NCBI GenBank assembly: GCA_963714975.1
Contig: CAVQQD010000003.1
Coordinates: 64,001-128,000, forward strand
Direction of reading: 5' to 3'
Length of the DNA: 64,000 nt
Source: an uncultured Gammaproteobacteria bacterium
GTDB taxonomy: Bacteria > Pseudomonadota > Gammaproteobacteria > JAURND01
Part shown: one piece after another, positions 30,451-41,700 of the stretch
Layout: every line of letters starts with the position of its first letter
Position numbering within the stretch: the first letter of the stretch is position 1
Notes under the pieces: generated by a model
What the model saw: the letters and a program-made list of their open reading frames with translations, nothing else
The model's database searches: none
Told to the model about the DNA's origin: nothing
Program-made: the position numbers and the translations under genes

Positions 30451-30592
30451 ATTTGTATCCCTCGTTGTTGTTGATTGAATCCCACGCATGGGTTTAAAAC
30501 CAAACAGCGAAAAGCGCCTAGCCAGGCCCTTACCAAGGGGGTTATTACCATCATAGATGGGATTCCGTCCCCGCTCTGCTTGGCACCCGCAT

Positions 30593-30621
30593 AATGTAGA
30601 CATTATGATTTAAAAATGCAA
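30593..30621 (-). promoter_or_regulatory. Sigma70-like promoter of the MNIO operon
   Basis: TTGCAT-17 nt-TACATT on the minus strand. Confidence 0.55.
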
Positions 30622-30653
30622 GCGCTTTCGTCATTACAAGCGCAACTGCGTCA

Positions 30654-33600
30654 TTATGATCCCGCCAAAGCCAACAACTGATTAATTGCCACGGTTAGCA
30701 TCGAATACTCAAAGCTGGTACTTGCTTTCATTTCAGTAAATAAAACTTGCCAACGCTCCACTAAAGCTTGATGAGCTTCCAGCCAAAGCGCCAATTTTTT
30801 CTGGGGATCTTTAGTTTTGGTTGGGAATTTTGAGATAGCAAGGGTAAGCCGGCGTTGTATCCAATCCAAATCTCCCTTACTGGCAGAACGAGCTAGCACC
30901 ATGGAATGGGTGTCAGTGGGGTAATTGTCAATTAATTCACGGAATTCCCCTAAGCCGAGCTGATCAATGAGAGCGAAATAAATAGTCGCTACTTCGTAGA
31001 GATTTAAGTGATGCGGGGTTGCGGATTCAATGATATTTAATGCCGAGGTCATTATCCCGGTTATCGCGATACGATAGGCCATTTTCGCTGGAACTCCAGA
31101 CTCTTGCAGGGTCTCTGCTTGTTCTTCGATCGCGTATTTTTCCGCATCGGTCAATAATTCTGGTAGTTTTTTTTGAATCTGGTTAATTCCCTGGCTAAAA
31201 CGTTCAATGACATTTTGTATATCCTTGGCCTTGGGGGGGTTACGTAAAAACCAGCGCACGGAACGGCGAATCAGCCGTACTACAACCAAGGTGATTTCAT
31301 TCATTAAGGGGCCTGGAATTGACAAAGATTCCATGTCATCCCAATACTGCTGTAGGCCAAAAGCCTCTCGAGAAATGATATAGGCACGGGTGATGTCGAC
31401 CGCGGAAGCACGGGTTTCATCATACATTTGGTAGGCAAAGGTCACTCCCATATCGGTAATTAAAAGATTACTCAGCTGAGTCGCAATAATTTGGGTACGC
31501 AGGCGATGGTGTTCCATGGCAGCTGCATAGCGCTGACGTAATAATTTAGGAAAGGCTAGTTGAATGTATTTAAATATATAAGGATCTTCAGGCAGTTCAG
31601 AATGGGCTAATTCCGCTTTTAAAATAATTTTGCTATAGGCTTGCAGCACAGCAATCTCTGGTCGAGTAAGCCCTTTTCCGGCGGCTTTTCTCGCCATTAA
31701 AGCATCATCATCGGGTAAAAATTCCAGACTGCGATCAATTTTCCCTTGTTTGCTATAGTCTTTTAAAAAGCGCGTATAAAGATTTAAATAATCAATTGAT
31801 TGCGCCGTAGCGATACTAATCGCGCGCACTTGCCGATAATTATTGTGGATGACTAATTGGGCGACATTATCGGTCATTTGGGCTAATAAACGATTGCGAC
31901 GCAGCTCAGTTAAGGATCCTGTCGAAACGATATGGTCCAATAAAATTTTAATATTCACTTCATGGTCTGAACAATCGACGCCACCTGAGTTATCAATAAA
32001 ATCCGTGTTAATTCTGCCACCGCATAGTTCATATTCAATGCGGGCCAATTGGGTAAAACCTAAATTCCCGCCTTCGGCCACCACTAAGCAATTTAATTCA
32101 TCAGCATTTACTCGAATCGCATCATTCGTTCTATCGCCAACGTCACCATGTGATTCTTTGCTTGCTTTAACAAAGGTACCAATTCCACCATTCCATAACA
32201 AATCCACAGGAGCGGTTAATAAAGCTTGAATGAGTTCATTGGGTGATAATTGATCTTTTTTAATATCTAAACGCGTTTTAATTTCAGGTGACAGTTTGAT
32301 GGATTTAAGCGTGCGAGCGAAAACACCGCCGCCAGTTGAAATAAATTCAAGACTATAATCTTCCCAGGTGGATCGAGGTAAGCTGAACAGACGATTACGT
32401 TCTGCAAAACTGATGGTGGGATCGGGGTCTGGATCGAGAAAAATATGCACGTTATTAAAAGCGGCAATCAATTTGATTTGCTTAGATTGTAATAGGCCAT
32501 TACCAAATACATCGCCTGCCATGTCTCCGATGCCAATGACGGTAAAGGGGTGTTCGTTAATGTCTTTCCCAAGATCTTGAAAGTGTTGTTTCACCGACTC
32601 CCAAGCGCCTCGCGCCGTAATGCCGATTTTTTTATGATCGTAGCCAGTAGATCCACCGGAAGCAAAAGCATCGCCTAACCAAAAATGATATTCCTTGGAA
32701 ATAGCATTGGCGATATCTGAAAAGGAGGCTGTTCCTTTGTCGGCTGCTACCACGAGATAAGGATCAGGTGGGTCGTGACATACTGTATCTGCAGGAGCAA
32801 TCACTTTTTTGTCGAGTAAATTATCGGTTAAATCTAATAAACCACGCATGAAATTTTGATAGCAGCAAATGCCAATGCTTAATAAAGTTTCTCGATTACA
32901 ATCCGCTGGTACGAGCTTAGTAACAAATCCGCCTTTGGCGCCGGCAGGAACAATGATGGCATTTTTGACTTGTTGTGCCTTCATTAACCCTAGCACTTCA
33001 CGACGGAAATCTTCGCGCCGATCGGACCAACGAATTCCTCCGCGAGCCACGTTATTAGCACGCAAGTGCAATCCTTCAAATTCATGCGAGTAAACGAAAA
33101 TTTCATGCTCAGGATGAGGAAATGGTAAATTATGAATGAGTTGTGGATTAAATTTAAAGGCGAGGTAAGGTTTGTAATGAGCCGTCCCGACGGCTTGCTG
33201 AAAATAATTAGTGCGTACAGTGGCCTGAATTAAATTCCAAAACATGCGTAAAATGCGGTCTTGATCTAAGTTAGCTACATTATCTAAGGATTTGCTAAAA
33301 TTATTTTCCAACTCTGACAGCTGCGTCTCTTGACCCTTGCCAGCAAGTGCCGGATCAAAGCGAGCATAGAAAAGTTGGATCAGCAAATTCGCAACTTTGG
33401 AATTACCAGCGATGGCTTGCTCCATATAGTCTTGGCTAAAAGTGGATTCAATTTGTTTTAAATATTTTGCATAAGCGCGTAATACGGTGATTTTCCGCCA
33501 ATGCAAGTTAGCGCTAATGACCAAGGCGTTGAATCCATCATCTTCTGATTCACCATACCAAATTTTTTTAAATGCTTCTTGTAAGTGTTCCCGGTTTTGG

Positions 33601-35486
33601 CTGAGCTCAAAGACACTATATCCAGGAAGTTGCATCAGAAAATCATTAATCCAAATAGTTTTTTGGTTTCTAGGATTAATTTGAAACGGTTGTTCACCGA
33701 TCACCCGCAAGCCCATGGTTTCTAAAATCGGAATGACATCCGACAACGGTACGGTTTCCTTAAGATGAAATAATTTCATGCGAACCATAGTTCCAGGCAA
33801 GCTGGCACTACGATATAGATTCATTTCTAAATTATTTTTTTCCGACAGACGCTCCATATGTGCAATGTCTGAAACGGCTTCTTGTGAGGAATAAACTTCT
33901 TTATAACTAGCAGGAAACGCGTAACTATAAATAATAGCTAAAGAATTGCCTCGTTCTTCACCAAACGTATAAGTAAGGTATTCATGCAGCAAGTCTTTCC
34001 AGGAAAGTGCTACTTGAATTAATTTATTTTCGATCTCTTTGAGGTTATAGATATGCAGCGTTTTAGGATCGATACGAATGGTAAAGTGAATGCGTGCTAA
34101 AATGGCATCAAAAAAATGCGTGCTGTAAGAGATTTCTAACCCATAAAAAGAGGCCAATAAAATCTCTTGCATGTGGGAACATAGTTCCATACTAAAGTCG
34201 TCACGCGGTACGTAAACTAAACAAGAAATAAATCGCCCAAAAACATCTTTACGGGCGAATAAGCGCACGCAGCGTCGATCTTGTAATTGCAAAATTCCCA
34301 TGCCTAGGGCAGATAATTCATCGAAGTTAGCATGAAACAAATCATCTCTGGGTAAACTTTCTAAGATGTGAGTTAAGGTTTTATAGGCATGGCCATTTTC
34401 GGGCAGCCCTGAGCGCTTTAAGACAGCACTGACCTTGAGTCTAACTAACGGGATGGTTCGCGGACTTTCCGTATAGACCGAACTGGTATAAAGGCCGACG
34501 AACCAGCGCTCGCCGACAATCGCCCCTTGTTTGTTGAAACGTTTAACACTCACAAAATCGGTATAACGTCGGCCATGGACCGTGGATAAGGTGTTAGTTT
34601 TAGCTAATTCAATTAGTTGGCTAGATTCTGCCAATTTGCGTGCTTCGAGGGGCAAGTCGGCATAGTAACGAATTGTTTTACTTTTGGGCGTGGTGCTCAG
34701 CACCCCTAGGCCACTATCGGGAATAATTTTTAGGCCTTTCTTTTCCCCTTGGCCGACAGTGGAATAGGCACGAAACCCAAGGAAAGTGAAATGATTATCC
34801 AGTAACCAGTAGAGAAAATTTTTAGATTCTACGATTTCATCTTGCGAAGTGGGCGGAGGATTTTTTTCTATATCCGCCAAAGTTTGATGAACTTCGGATT
34901 GCATTTTTTTCCAATCTTTGACCACTATTTGGGCGTCATTTAATACCGCATCCAGATCATGGCCTAGTTTTTCGAGTACGGCAGGATTAGTTTGCTTGTC
35001 GATTTCAATGTAAATAGGCGCTTCTGAAATGGCTTTGGGATGAGAAGATTCAAATGATAATACTTTGGTAATTGTACCGGCAGCATTGCGCAGTAGTTTT
35101 AATCCGCCTAAGTGGACCATAAAGTGTACGGTTAATCCTTGGCGATTGATTTCAGTGGTGAGCGTGTCGACTAAAAAAGGTTGATCGTTGAGAATATATT
35201 GGATCACGGTGTGGCTGGTTTCCCAGCCATCGGTGGCTAACGTAGGATTGAAGATTCTGCACTTGCGCTCCCCGGGTTGTCTTTGATACATGAGCTCCCA
35301 ATGAGAAAGAATGGCGCCAAATAAGGTTTTGATCGGCCGAGTAATGACGTCATCAAGTGAAGTGTAGGCATAATATTGCTCGATGAAAGGTGTCAGCAGT
35401 GCTAGCTGCTTGGGTGAGAGGCCCTTTTTAGCAGAATCAAGGAGCTGTTGTAGGATTTTCGGGTGTGCGCTATCAATGTTTATCAT
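30654..35486 (-). CDS. gdhB: Large NAD-specific glutamate dehydrogenase
   Basis: 1610 aa; ARGGIRWSDRREDFR, LVVAADKGTA, GIGDMAGDVFGNG, GGVDCSDHEVNIKI. Confidence 0.95.
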   Translation of the reverse strand: MINIDSAHPKILQQLLDSAKKGLSPKQLALLTPFIEQYYAYTSLDDVITRPIKTLFGAILSHWELMYQRQPGERKCRIFNPTLATDGWETSHTVIQYILNDQPFLVDTLTTEINRQGLTVHFMVHLGGLKLLRNAAGTITKVLSFESSHPKAISEAPIYIEIDKQTNPAVLEKLGHDLDAVLNDAQIVVKDWKKMQSEVHQTLADIEKNPPPTSQDEIVESKNFLYWLLDNHFTFLGFRAYSTVGQGEKKGLKIIPDSGLGVLSTTPKSKTIRYYADLPLEARKLAESSQLIELAKTNTLSTVHGRRYTDFVSVKRFNKQGAIVGERWFVGLYTSSVYTESPRTIPLVRLKVSAVLKRSGLPENGHAYKTLTHILESLPRDDLFHANFDELSALGMGILQLQDRRCVRLFARKDVFGRFISCLVYVPRDDFSMELCSHMQEILLASFYGLEISYSTHFFDAILARIHFTIRIDPKTLHIYNLKEIENKLIQVALSWKDLLHEYLTYTFGEERGNSLAIIYSYAFPASYKEVYSSQEAVSDIAHMERLSEKNNLEMNLYRSASLPGTMVRMKLFHLKETVPLSDVIPILETMGLRVIGEQPFQINPRNQKTIWINDFLMQLPGYSVFELSQNREHLQEAFKKIWYGESEDDGFNALVISANLHWRKITVLRAYAKYLKQIESTFSQDYMEQAIAGNSKVANLLIQLFYARFDPALAGKGQETQLSELENNFSKSLDNVANLDQDRILRMFWNLIQATVRTNYFQQAVGTAHYKPYLAFKFNPQLIHNLPFPHPEHEIFVYSHEFEGLHLRANNVARGGIRWSDRREDFRREVLGLMKAQQVKNAIIVPAGAKGGFVTKLVPADCNRETLLSIGICCYQNFMRGLLDLTDNLLDKKVIAPADTVCHDPPDPYLVVAADKGTASFSDIANAISKEYHFWLGDAFASGGSTGYDHKKIGITARGAWESVKQHFQDLGKDINEHPFTVIGIGDMAGDVFGNGLLQSKQIKLIAAFNNVHIFLDPDPDPTISFAERNRLFSLPRSTWEDYSLEFISTGGGVFARTLKSIKLSPEIKTRLDIKKDQLSPNELIQALLTAPVDLLWNGGIGTFVKASKESHGDVGDRTNDAIRVNADELNCLVVAEGGNLGFTQLARIEYELCGGRINTDFIDNSGGVDCSDHEVNIKILLDHIVSTGSLTELRRNRLLAQMTDNVAQLVIHNNYRQVRAISIATAQSIDYLNLYTRFLKDYSKQGKIDRSLEFLPDDDALMARKAAGKGLTRPEIAVLQAYSKIILKAELAHSELPEDPYIFKYIQLAFPKLLRQRYAAAMEHHRLRTQIIATQLSNLLITDMGVTFAYQMYDETRASAVDITRAYIISREAFGLQQYWDDMESLSIPGPLMNEITLVVVRLIRRSVRWFLRNPPKAKDIQNVIERFSQGINQIQKKLPELLTDAEKYAIEEQAETLQESGVPAKMAYRIAITGIMTSALNIIESATPHHLNLYEVATIYFALIDQLGLGEFRELIDNYPTDTHSMVLARSASKGDLDWIQRRLTLAISKFPTKTKDPQKKLALWLEAHQALVERWQVLFTEMKASTSFEYSMLTVAINQLLALAGS

Positions 35487-35599
35487 AGAGTCGACCTCTT
35501 TCCATGTTTGTCAGTAATGATTTCCTCATATTATGGCAAAGAATACCCTAAGTTTTGATGTTTTGCAGCCCCCTTTCTCCCCAAGCCTATCCGATGCAC

Positions 35600-36607
35600 C
35601 TAAATCCTCGCACATTCACCCACCAATGCTGGTCCCCCATAAATAAGACCGGTATAAAGTTGAACTAAGCTGGCTCCTGCTTGCAACATGGCCTGTGCAT
35701 CAGCAGCAGTCATAATGCCGCCGCAGGCAATAATAGGAATTTTCCCTTGCAATTGTTGATATAAGGTGCTGACTACCCAGTGCGATTTGCTGAACAAGGG
35801 CTTGCCGCTCAAACCTCCTGCTTGGTTGCCCTCATGCAGCTGCGCGACTCCCTGACGAGAAAGCGTGGTGTTGGTAGCAATAATGCCATCAATCTCGTGC
35901 TCAAGGCAAACCTGAGCGAGCTGGGTGAGCTCATTAGCATTAAGATCGGGCGATATTTTAATGACCAGGGGTACATATTTTTGCTGCTGGTTTGCTAGCT
36001 CAGCCCGTTTTTGTTGCAAAGCGATGATCAGTGCCTGCAATGCTTGCGCATGTTGGAGCTCGCGCAATTGCGGGGTGTTGGGTGAGGAAATATTAATGAC
36101 AACATAACTAGCAAGCGCATAAACTCGATCAAGACAGCAGAGATAATCGTCTAGCGCATTGTTAAGTGGGGTGTCGAAATTCTTACCGATATTGATGCCT
36201 AAAATGCCATGAAATTGAGCTTTTTGTACCCTGTCGACCAGATGATCTACCCCTAGGTTATTAAATCCCATGCGATTGATTAGCGCTTGGGCTTGGGGCA
36301 GACGAAATAAACGGGGCTGTGGATTGCCTGTTTGTGGACGAGGAGTCACCGTACCAATTTCAATAAAACCAAAGCCTAATGCGGCGAGAGCATTAATGTA
36401 GTCACCATTTTTGTCTAATCCTGCTGCCAGGCCAACCGGATTAGGGAAATCTAAGCCCATGATCTGTCGTCGCGCATTGGGAGTAGTGGGTACACGCTGT
36501 CGCCAGCCGCAGCGCTGGGCTAACGCCAGGGATTGCAGTGTCCAGTGATGTGCCGTTTCTGGATTGAGTTGAAATAATAGTGGGCGAAGTAATGAGTAAA
36601 AAGCCAT
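35600..36607 (-). CDS. pyrD: Quinone-dependent dihydroorotate dehydrogenase
   Basis: NPVGLAAGLDKN, NRMGFNN, NISSPNTP, GGLSG; start reset to MAFY. Confidence 0.95.
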   Translation of the reverse strand: MAFYSLLRPLLFQLNPETAHHWTLQSLALAQRCGWRQRVPTTPNARRQIMGLDFPNPVGLAAGLDKNGDYINALAALGFGFIEIGTVTPRPQTGNPQPRLFRLPQAQALINRMGFNNLGVDHLVDRVQKAQFHGILGINIGKNFDTPLNNALDDYLCCLDRVYALASYVVINISSPNTPQLRELQHAQALQALIIALQQKRAELANQQQKYVPLVIKISPDLNANELTQLAQVCLEHEIDGIIATNTTLSRQGVAQLHEGNQAGGLSGKPLFSKSHWVVSTLYQQLQGKIPIIACGGIMTAADAQAMLQAGASLVQLYTGLIYGGPALVGECARI

Positions 36608-36608
36608 T

Positions 36609-37553
36609 TCAATCACCATCATCCGGCCTTCGGCCACCTTCTCCCGCAAGCGGGAGAAGGGATTCATAAGTTAATAAAAACACCCCTTGGCCACCTGTTT
36701 TTAATTCAAGCCAGAGAAAATTTAGTTCAGGAAAACCAGCTTCTAAAGCGGTGGCGCTTACTCCTACCTCGACCAGCAAAATCCCCTGGGGTGTGAGGTA
36801 TTGGGCTGCCTCAGCCAGTATTCGCCTCACCACATCGAGACCGTCTTCACCTGCCGCCAAAGCTAAGCCTGGTTCGTGCTGATATTCTGCGGGGAGTTGT
36901 GCCATTTCTGCTGCGCTGACATAGGGGGGATTACTAATAATCAAGTCATAACGCTGGGTGGGAAGCTGGGTGAAAAGGTCGGATTCAATTAAATGGACGG
37001 AATGTTCCAGTTGGTAATGAGCTACATTTTTTCTTGCTACCGCTAGCGCTTCAGGCGAAATATCGACAGCAGCCACTTCGGCCTGCGGAAAGGCCAAAGC
37101 ACAAGCAATCGCAATACAAGCACTTCCGGTGCAAAGATCTAAGATATGACTGATCGAAGCTTCCTCGAGCCAGGGGGTAAAACCTTGGGCAATTAATTCG
37201 GCAATGGGCGAGCGGGGAATAATCACGCGTGAGTCGACATAAAAAGGCAAGCCAGCAAACCAGGCTTCATGAGTTAAATAAGCCGCTGGGATATGCTCCT
37301 GAATTCTGCGCTGAAACAACTCGGCAATTTCCTGGCGTTCGCTCGAGAGCAGGCGTACATCGGCAATTTTGTTATCTTCTTCTGGCGATAAATGTAGCAC
37401 ATGGCGGGCCAAGCACAGGGCTTCGTCCCAAGCATTGTCATTGCCATGACCAAAACAAAGCTGAGCGGCATTAAATTCACTTGCCCCCCAACGGACTAGG
37501 TCCCGTAAGGTTCTCAGCTCATGAACCGCCAATTTAAGTGTGCTAGACTTCAT
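36609..37553 (-). CDS. prmB: Ribosomal protein L3 glutamine methyltransferase
   Basis: FGHG.DNAWDEA, PRSPIAELI, LDLCTGS, NPPY. The C-terminal LLPLAGEGGRRPDDG is REP-encoded. Confidence 0.95.
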   Translation of the reverse strand: MKSSTLKLAVHELRTLRDLVRWGASEFNAAQLCFGHGNDNAWDEALCLARHVLHLSPEEDNKIADVRLLSSERQEIAELFQRRIQEHIPAAYLTHEAWFAGLPFYVDSRVIIPRSPIAELIAQGFTPWLEEASISHILDLCTGSACIAIACALAFPQAEVAAVDISPEALAVARKNVAHYQLEHSVHLIESDLFTQLPTQRYDLIISNPPYVSAAEMAQLPAEYQHEPGLALAAGEDGLDVVRRILAEAAQYLTPQGILLVEVGVSATALEAGFPELNFLWLELKTGGQGVFLLTYESLLPLAGEGGRRPDDGD

Positions 37554-37573
37554 GATTGAATCCTCGATTTCGA

Positions 37574-37660
37574 TCCCTTCTCCCGCTTGCGGGAGAAGGT
37601 GGCTGCAGGGCTTCCTCGCGATCCCCGGGAGCAGGTGGCCGCAGGCCGGATGAGGGATTC
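37574..37660. repeat. REP-like palindrome with internal insertion between prmB and the smr gene
   Basis: cccttctcccgcttgcgggagaaggtggc...ggccgcaggccggatgaggg. Confidence 0.7.
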
Positions 37661-37703
37661 TTTAATTAGCTTTCAGCAAGCAAGAGTGTAGAGAGAGAGC
37701 CGT

Positions 37704-38249
37704 ATGCATTCCACCATTACTGAAGAAGAACATAAATTATTCCAGGCCGAGATGCATAAGCAAGGGGTAGTATCCATCCACCAGCAATCCCCTCCCCCCC
37801 CAAAACCCGCAAAAATCACCTCAACACCTCCGCCCAAGAGGCGAGCGATTCTAACACAACCGCAAACGCAAAGCTTCTCTCCGTTGCCCCAGGTGTCTTC
37901 GGAGGATTTTTTGGAATTCAGAAGGCCTGGGTTGCAAAATCGCGTCATGCAAAAACTACGCCGGGGCGATTTTCCGATGGAGGCGGTGTTAGATTTACAT
38001 GGCTATACCGTAATGCAAGCAGAACAAATGTTGGAACAATTTCTGCTCCACGCCAGAACCCATAGTTGGCACTCCGTATTGATTGTGCATGGCAAAGGCA
38101 AAACCACCCGAGGTGAAAGTACGCTGCCTATTTTAAAAAATCGTGTCAATCAATGGTTACGCGAAGACCCCAATGTGCTAGGTTTTTGCAGCGCCAAGCA
38201 AAGCCATGGCGGGGTCGGCGCTGTTTATGTATTATTACGGAAATCCTAA
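37704..38249 (+). CDS. Smr/MutS-domain endonuclease (SmrA/SmrB-like)
   Basis: LDLHG, IVHGKG, HGGVGAVYVLL; divergent from prmB. Confidence 0.9.
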   Translation: MHSTITEEEHKLFQAEMHKQGVVSIHQQSPPPPKPAKITSTPPPKRRAILTQPQTQSFSPLPQVSSEDFLEFRRPGLQNRVMQKLRRGDFPMEAVLDLHGYTVMQAEQMLEQFLLHARTHSWHSVLIVHGKGKTTRGESTLPILKNRVNQWLREDPNVLGFCSAKQSHGGVGAVYVLLRKS

Positions 38250-38349
38250 ACAGGAAATTTTTCATACTCTGCAGGGAGAGGACAAAAATAATTTCCCACT
38301 TTGAAAAAGGGGGATTTAAAAAGATCAGGATATTAATGTTATTTTCGTT

Positions 38350-38526
38350 GTAACTTCACCACGGTTTTGCCTCTCCCCTTGTGGGAGAGGCCGCCGCGCC
38401 GTAAGGCGCGCGGGTGAGGGGTAAGCAGCAGTTAGCATTTAGCTAATAAAATACTCCTTGCTGGTTTCAAGCTTACCCCTCATCCGCCCTTTCGGGCACC
38501 TTCTCCCACAAGGGGAGAAGGATTTT
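38350..38526 (+). mobile_element. MITE family 1, right end eroded
   Basis: Near-identical to 8092-8270. Confidence 0.8.
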
Positions 38527-38702
38527 AGAGAATTTTCATACAAAAAGATCAATATCCTAATAATTTCTTAAGAAAAGTATGGTTAAATGGTACGCACTTA
38601 TTACTGAAATATAAACGTGCCCGATTGCGTGCCCGGACTTAAACGATGATGCACTTTGGTGCTGATGATTACATAAAATCCTAAACTACAGAGACTTAGC
38701 TT

Positions 38703-41700
38703 ATGGGAACCCAAACTACAGAAGTACAGTTAACGGAGTGGAAGAAACAACTTTCAGCACTCGAAAAAATGATAGATGCTGATGGCAATCTTCTTGATCC
38801 TGCTGCAGTTAATACTTTTAAAGAGCAAGGTAGAGCATTTCTCAATTTATGGACTGATTTAAATGGTCAATCAAAAGAATCAGAACAATTAATGCAAAAA
38901 GAGGGGGGGTGGGCCACACTTTCCATTTGCCGATATTGGGCTGAATATGTTAAGCATGAGTATGCAGGTGCAAATGACAAAGAACCGTGGAAACAAACTT
39001 GTGTATTCTTTAGGGATTGGTTTGAGTACGTAGGACATACCGATCAAAATGACCAAACATATCTTAAGGCAAAAGAAGCTGTAGATACTGCAACCGACGC
39101 AATGGGGCTCCCCAAATCAGAGAGTACAGTGTCAGAAACTACATCCTTTACTTCTCCCTCAAATTCATTACCCTTCGAGAAAAAAAATCTAACACATGAA
39201 GAATTTCCTGATCCTAACCAAGAAACGAAAAAAACCCGACCTAAAACCGTGCTTGAAGAGCTTGCAGCATTTAGTTTGCAGCTAGCAAAACTCGAAACAT
39301 TAGTTAATGAAAGGAAGTCTGTAGCAAATTTTGATCAAGTTTTTTCCGAGCAATGGGAAGTTTTTACCGCTGAATATCGCCAATGGCAGATGTCGCCTAG
39401 GGAGAAAGAGACACTCCTTGAGAGTAAGCCACAAAGAGAGGATCTGGAAAATAGGGCAAACAAAATCGCTCCGTTCTATTACCCGGCGCAACTGCAGGCT
39501 ATTCTCAAAGAATATAAAGAATATAAGGCAGAATATAAGAAGGCGCTGGAACAACAATCTCCCATTCCCACAGATTTTGTCGGACGCAAAACAGAATTAC
39601 AGGGCCGTTTTGCAGATATTCGTGGAGACCTTGACACTGTTGGCAAATCCTTAGGAAGACAATTTGATGCTCCTATGTATACTCCGGTGCGGAAACTATG
39701 TGAAAGCGTAGAAGTAACCCTGTTCTTAAACGATATAGACAGTCAAGGGCATTCTGTTAATGAAAGAAAAATTTATCATTCATTAACGCAAGAAGTGCAG
39801 ATTCTGGAAAATTTCATCGATAACCGAGGCAAGATACCCGAAGCGCAGCAATCAGAATTTATTCAGGGTGCTAAAACCTTTTTACCAAAAATAAATCTTT
39901 ATAGAAATTTATGGAATGATAAAGATCGCCCCCGTATTGTTAATGAATTAATTCATAGGGTACACACGATTCAACTGCATTATTACATGCTGTATATGAG
40001 GAATATTTCAGGCCCTCCAACAAACACCAACCCAGAGGGTCAAAAAGCATTGGAAGCTTTTAAGGAGTGTTGGAATCAATTAAGTCAGGAAGAGCGAAAT
40101 CAGTCTAAATATGAATCAGTCAGAAGTTTTATCTCACAAAGGCAGCTTTTCCCCCTTGAAGAAGTAAAAGTAACGGAGCAGAAGAAAGAAGTAGAAGAAG
40201 TAAAGGAGTGGAAGGTAGATGTTTCTGCCCAATCTGCCAATCCCCCTCTCAGTATTAATGCACTTAGGGACATTAATAAAAGCATCGAAGTACTTGAAGC
40301 AAAAGAAGCCTGGTCTAGCGAGGCTGGTTCCGCTTCAGGCGTTTTAAAGAAAGTAATCCCCACCCTAGGGTTTAGTACTCTTGCTATTCTTGCATTGATT
40401 GATCCCACTAAAACTAAAGGCACTGCCATTGGCTTGGGCACGAATTCGGTAAATTGGGTGCAAGAAAATCCCATGAATACGATGTTTTTTGCTGGAGTTC
40501 TTTTGCTTGGCCTATTGATTTATCGAAAATATAGCAAGTGGAATGAAAACTCAAATATTAAGAGTGCACAAAAGGAGATTGCGACAGAAGCTAGCTGGTT
40601 TAACCTACAAACCCCACTGCCTACATTAGCTGACACGCTGGGTGAGCTTTTGCAGCAAGATCACCAGGAAGCGAAGCTCAAGGAAGCGAAACAAGATCCT
40701 AGGGAAGCGACGCAATATACTAGGAAAGCAGGAGATATTGTAAGAGGGGCAGCGGAAAATGGAGTGGAATTGACGAAGGTTGTTTCGGTCATTCAATCAT
40801 TAGCTCTAAGACAAGGAGCTATTTTAGCAGCCCAGGCTTTGTTGCGTTTAAGTAAAGCTGCTGGAGATCCTGATAAGGGACTGGAGATAACGGCAGAAAT
40901 TCTGACTAACCTTGAATATCGCGATAAAACAAACTGGAGCATTCGTGATAACTTACGTCAGCTGGACCCTAAGCACTATGCCAAGATTCGGACAAAATGC
41001 ATCGACAAATTGCAGGCAGAAACAAGCTCCCAGCGCGTCTTTATTCCTGCGGAATTTGCCATACGTCGTGTTAAACCCTCCTACGATATTCCCCAATTAC
41101 TCGAACATGCCCACCCCTCGTTGCTACCTGAGGTGGTGAGGATTGTGGACCGCATTGATGGGGGATGGAGACAAGGTCCGTTTGATACCAATAGCCTTTA
41201 CGGCGCGCTTCATTTATATGAATTACAGGGTTCAAATCAAGCAATATTTAATGAGATCAATGCTCATTTAAGTGACCCACATAGAGCAGGTTCTGAAGCC
41301 TTGCAGCGCTTGATTCTAGGTTGCCCAGAGCAAGCGGCGCATTTGCTGGGAGTGGCCTTAGGTCATCAGCAACCCCAAAATCCTGCTCCTACCCTCTTGG
41401 ATAAAATCGCTGCCTGTTTGTTAGATGTGAGCACACGATCCGGTGTTAACGAGTCCGTGGCTAGATTATTACTGGTGCTGAGTGATAGCAATCCCGTATC
41501 GGTCACTACGTTTTTAACTGCGTGGGGTCCAAAAGGCGATTCAATTCGTGCCGCCATGCAGGTCCAAGACCCCGAAAGATCGCAGCGTATTGATCAAAGA
41601 GTAGAAGAAGCGACTGCAAAATTTCTAGCTACAGTAGCTCCCCAGGAAACTTTGGAAAATACTTTCAATTCTTTGATTCGCTCCAAAAAATCCGCAGAGC

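Noticed and set aside
30483-30592. 6S RNA or tRNA
   Set aside because: Shorter than a typical 6S RNA with no large central bubble; lacks the TTCGA T-loop and tRNA arm lengths.
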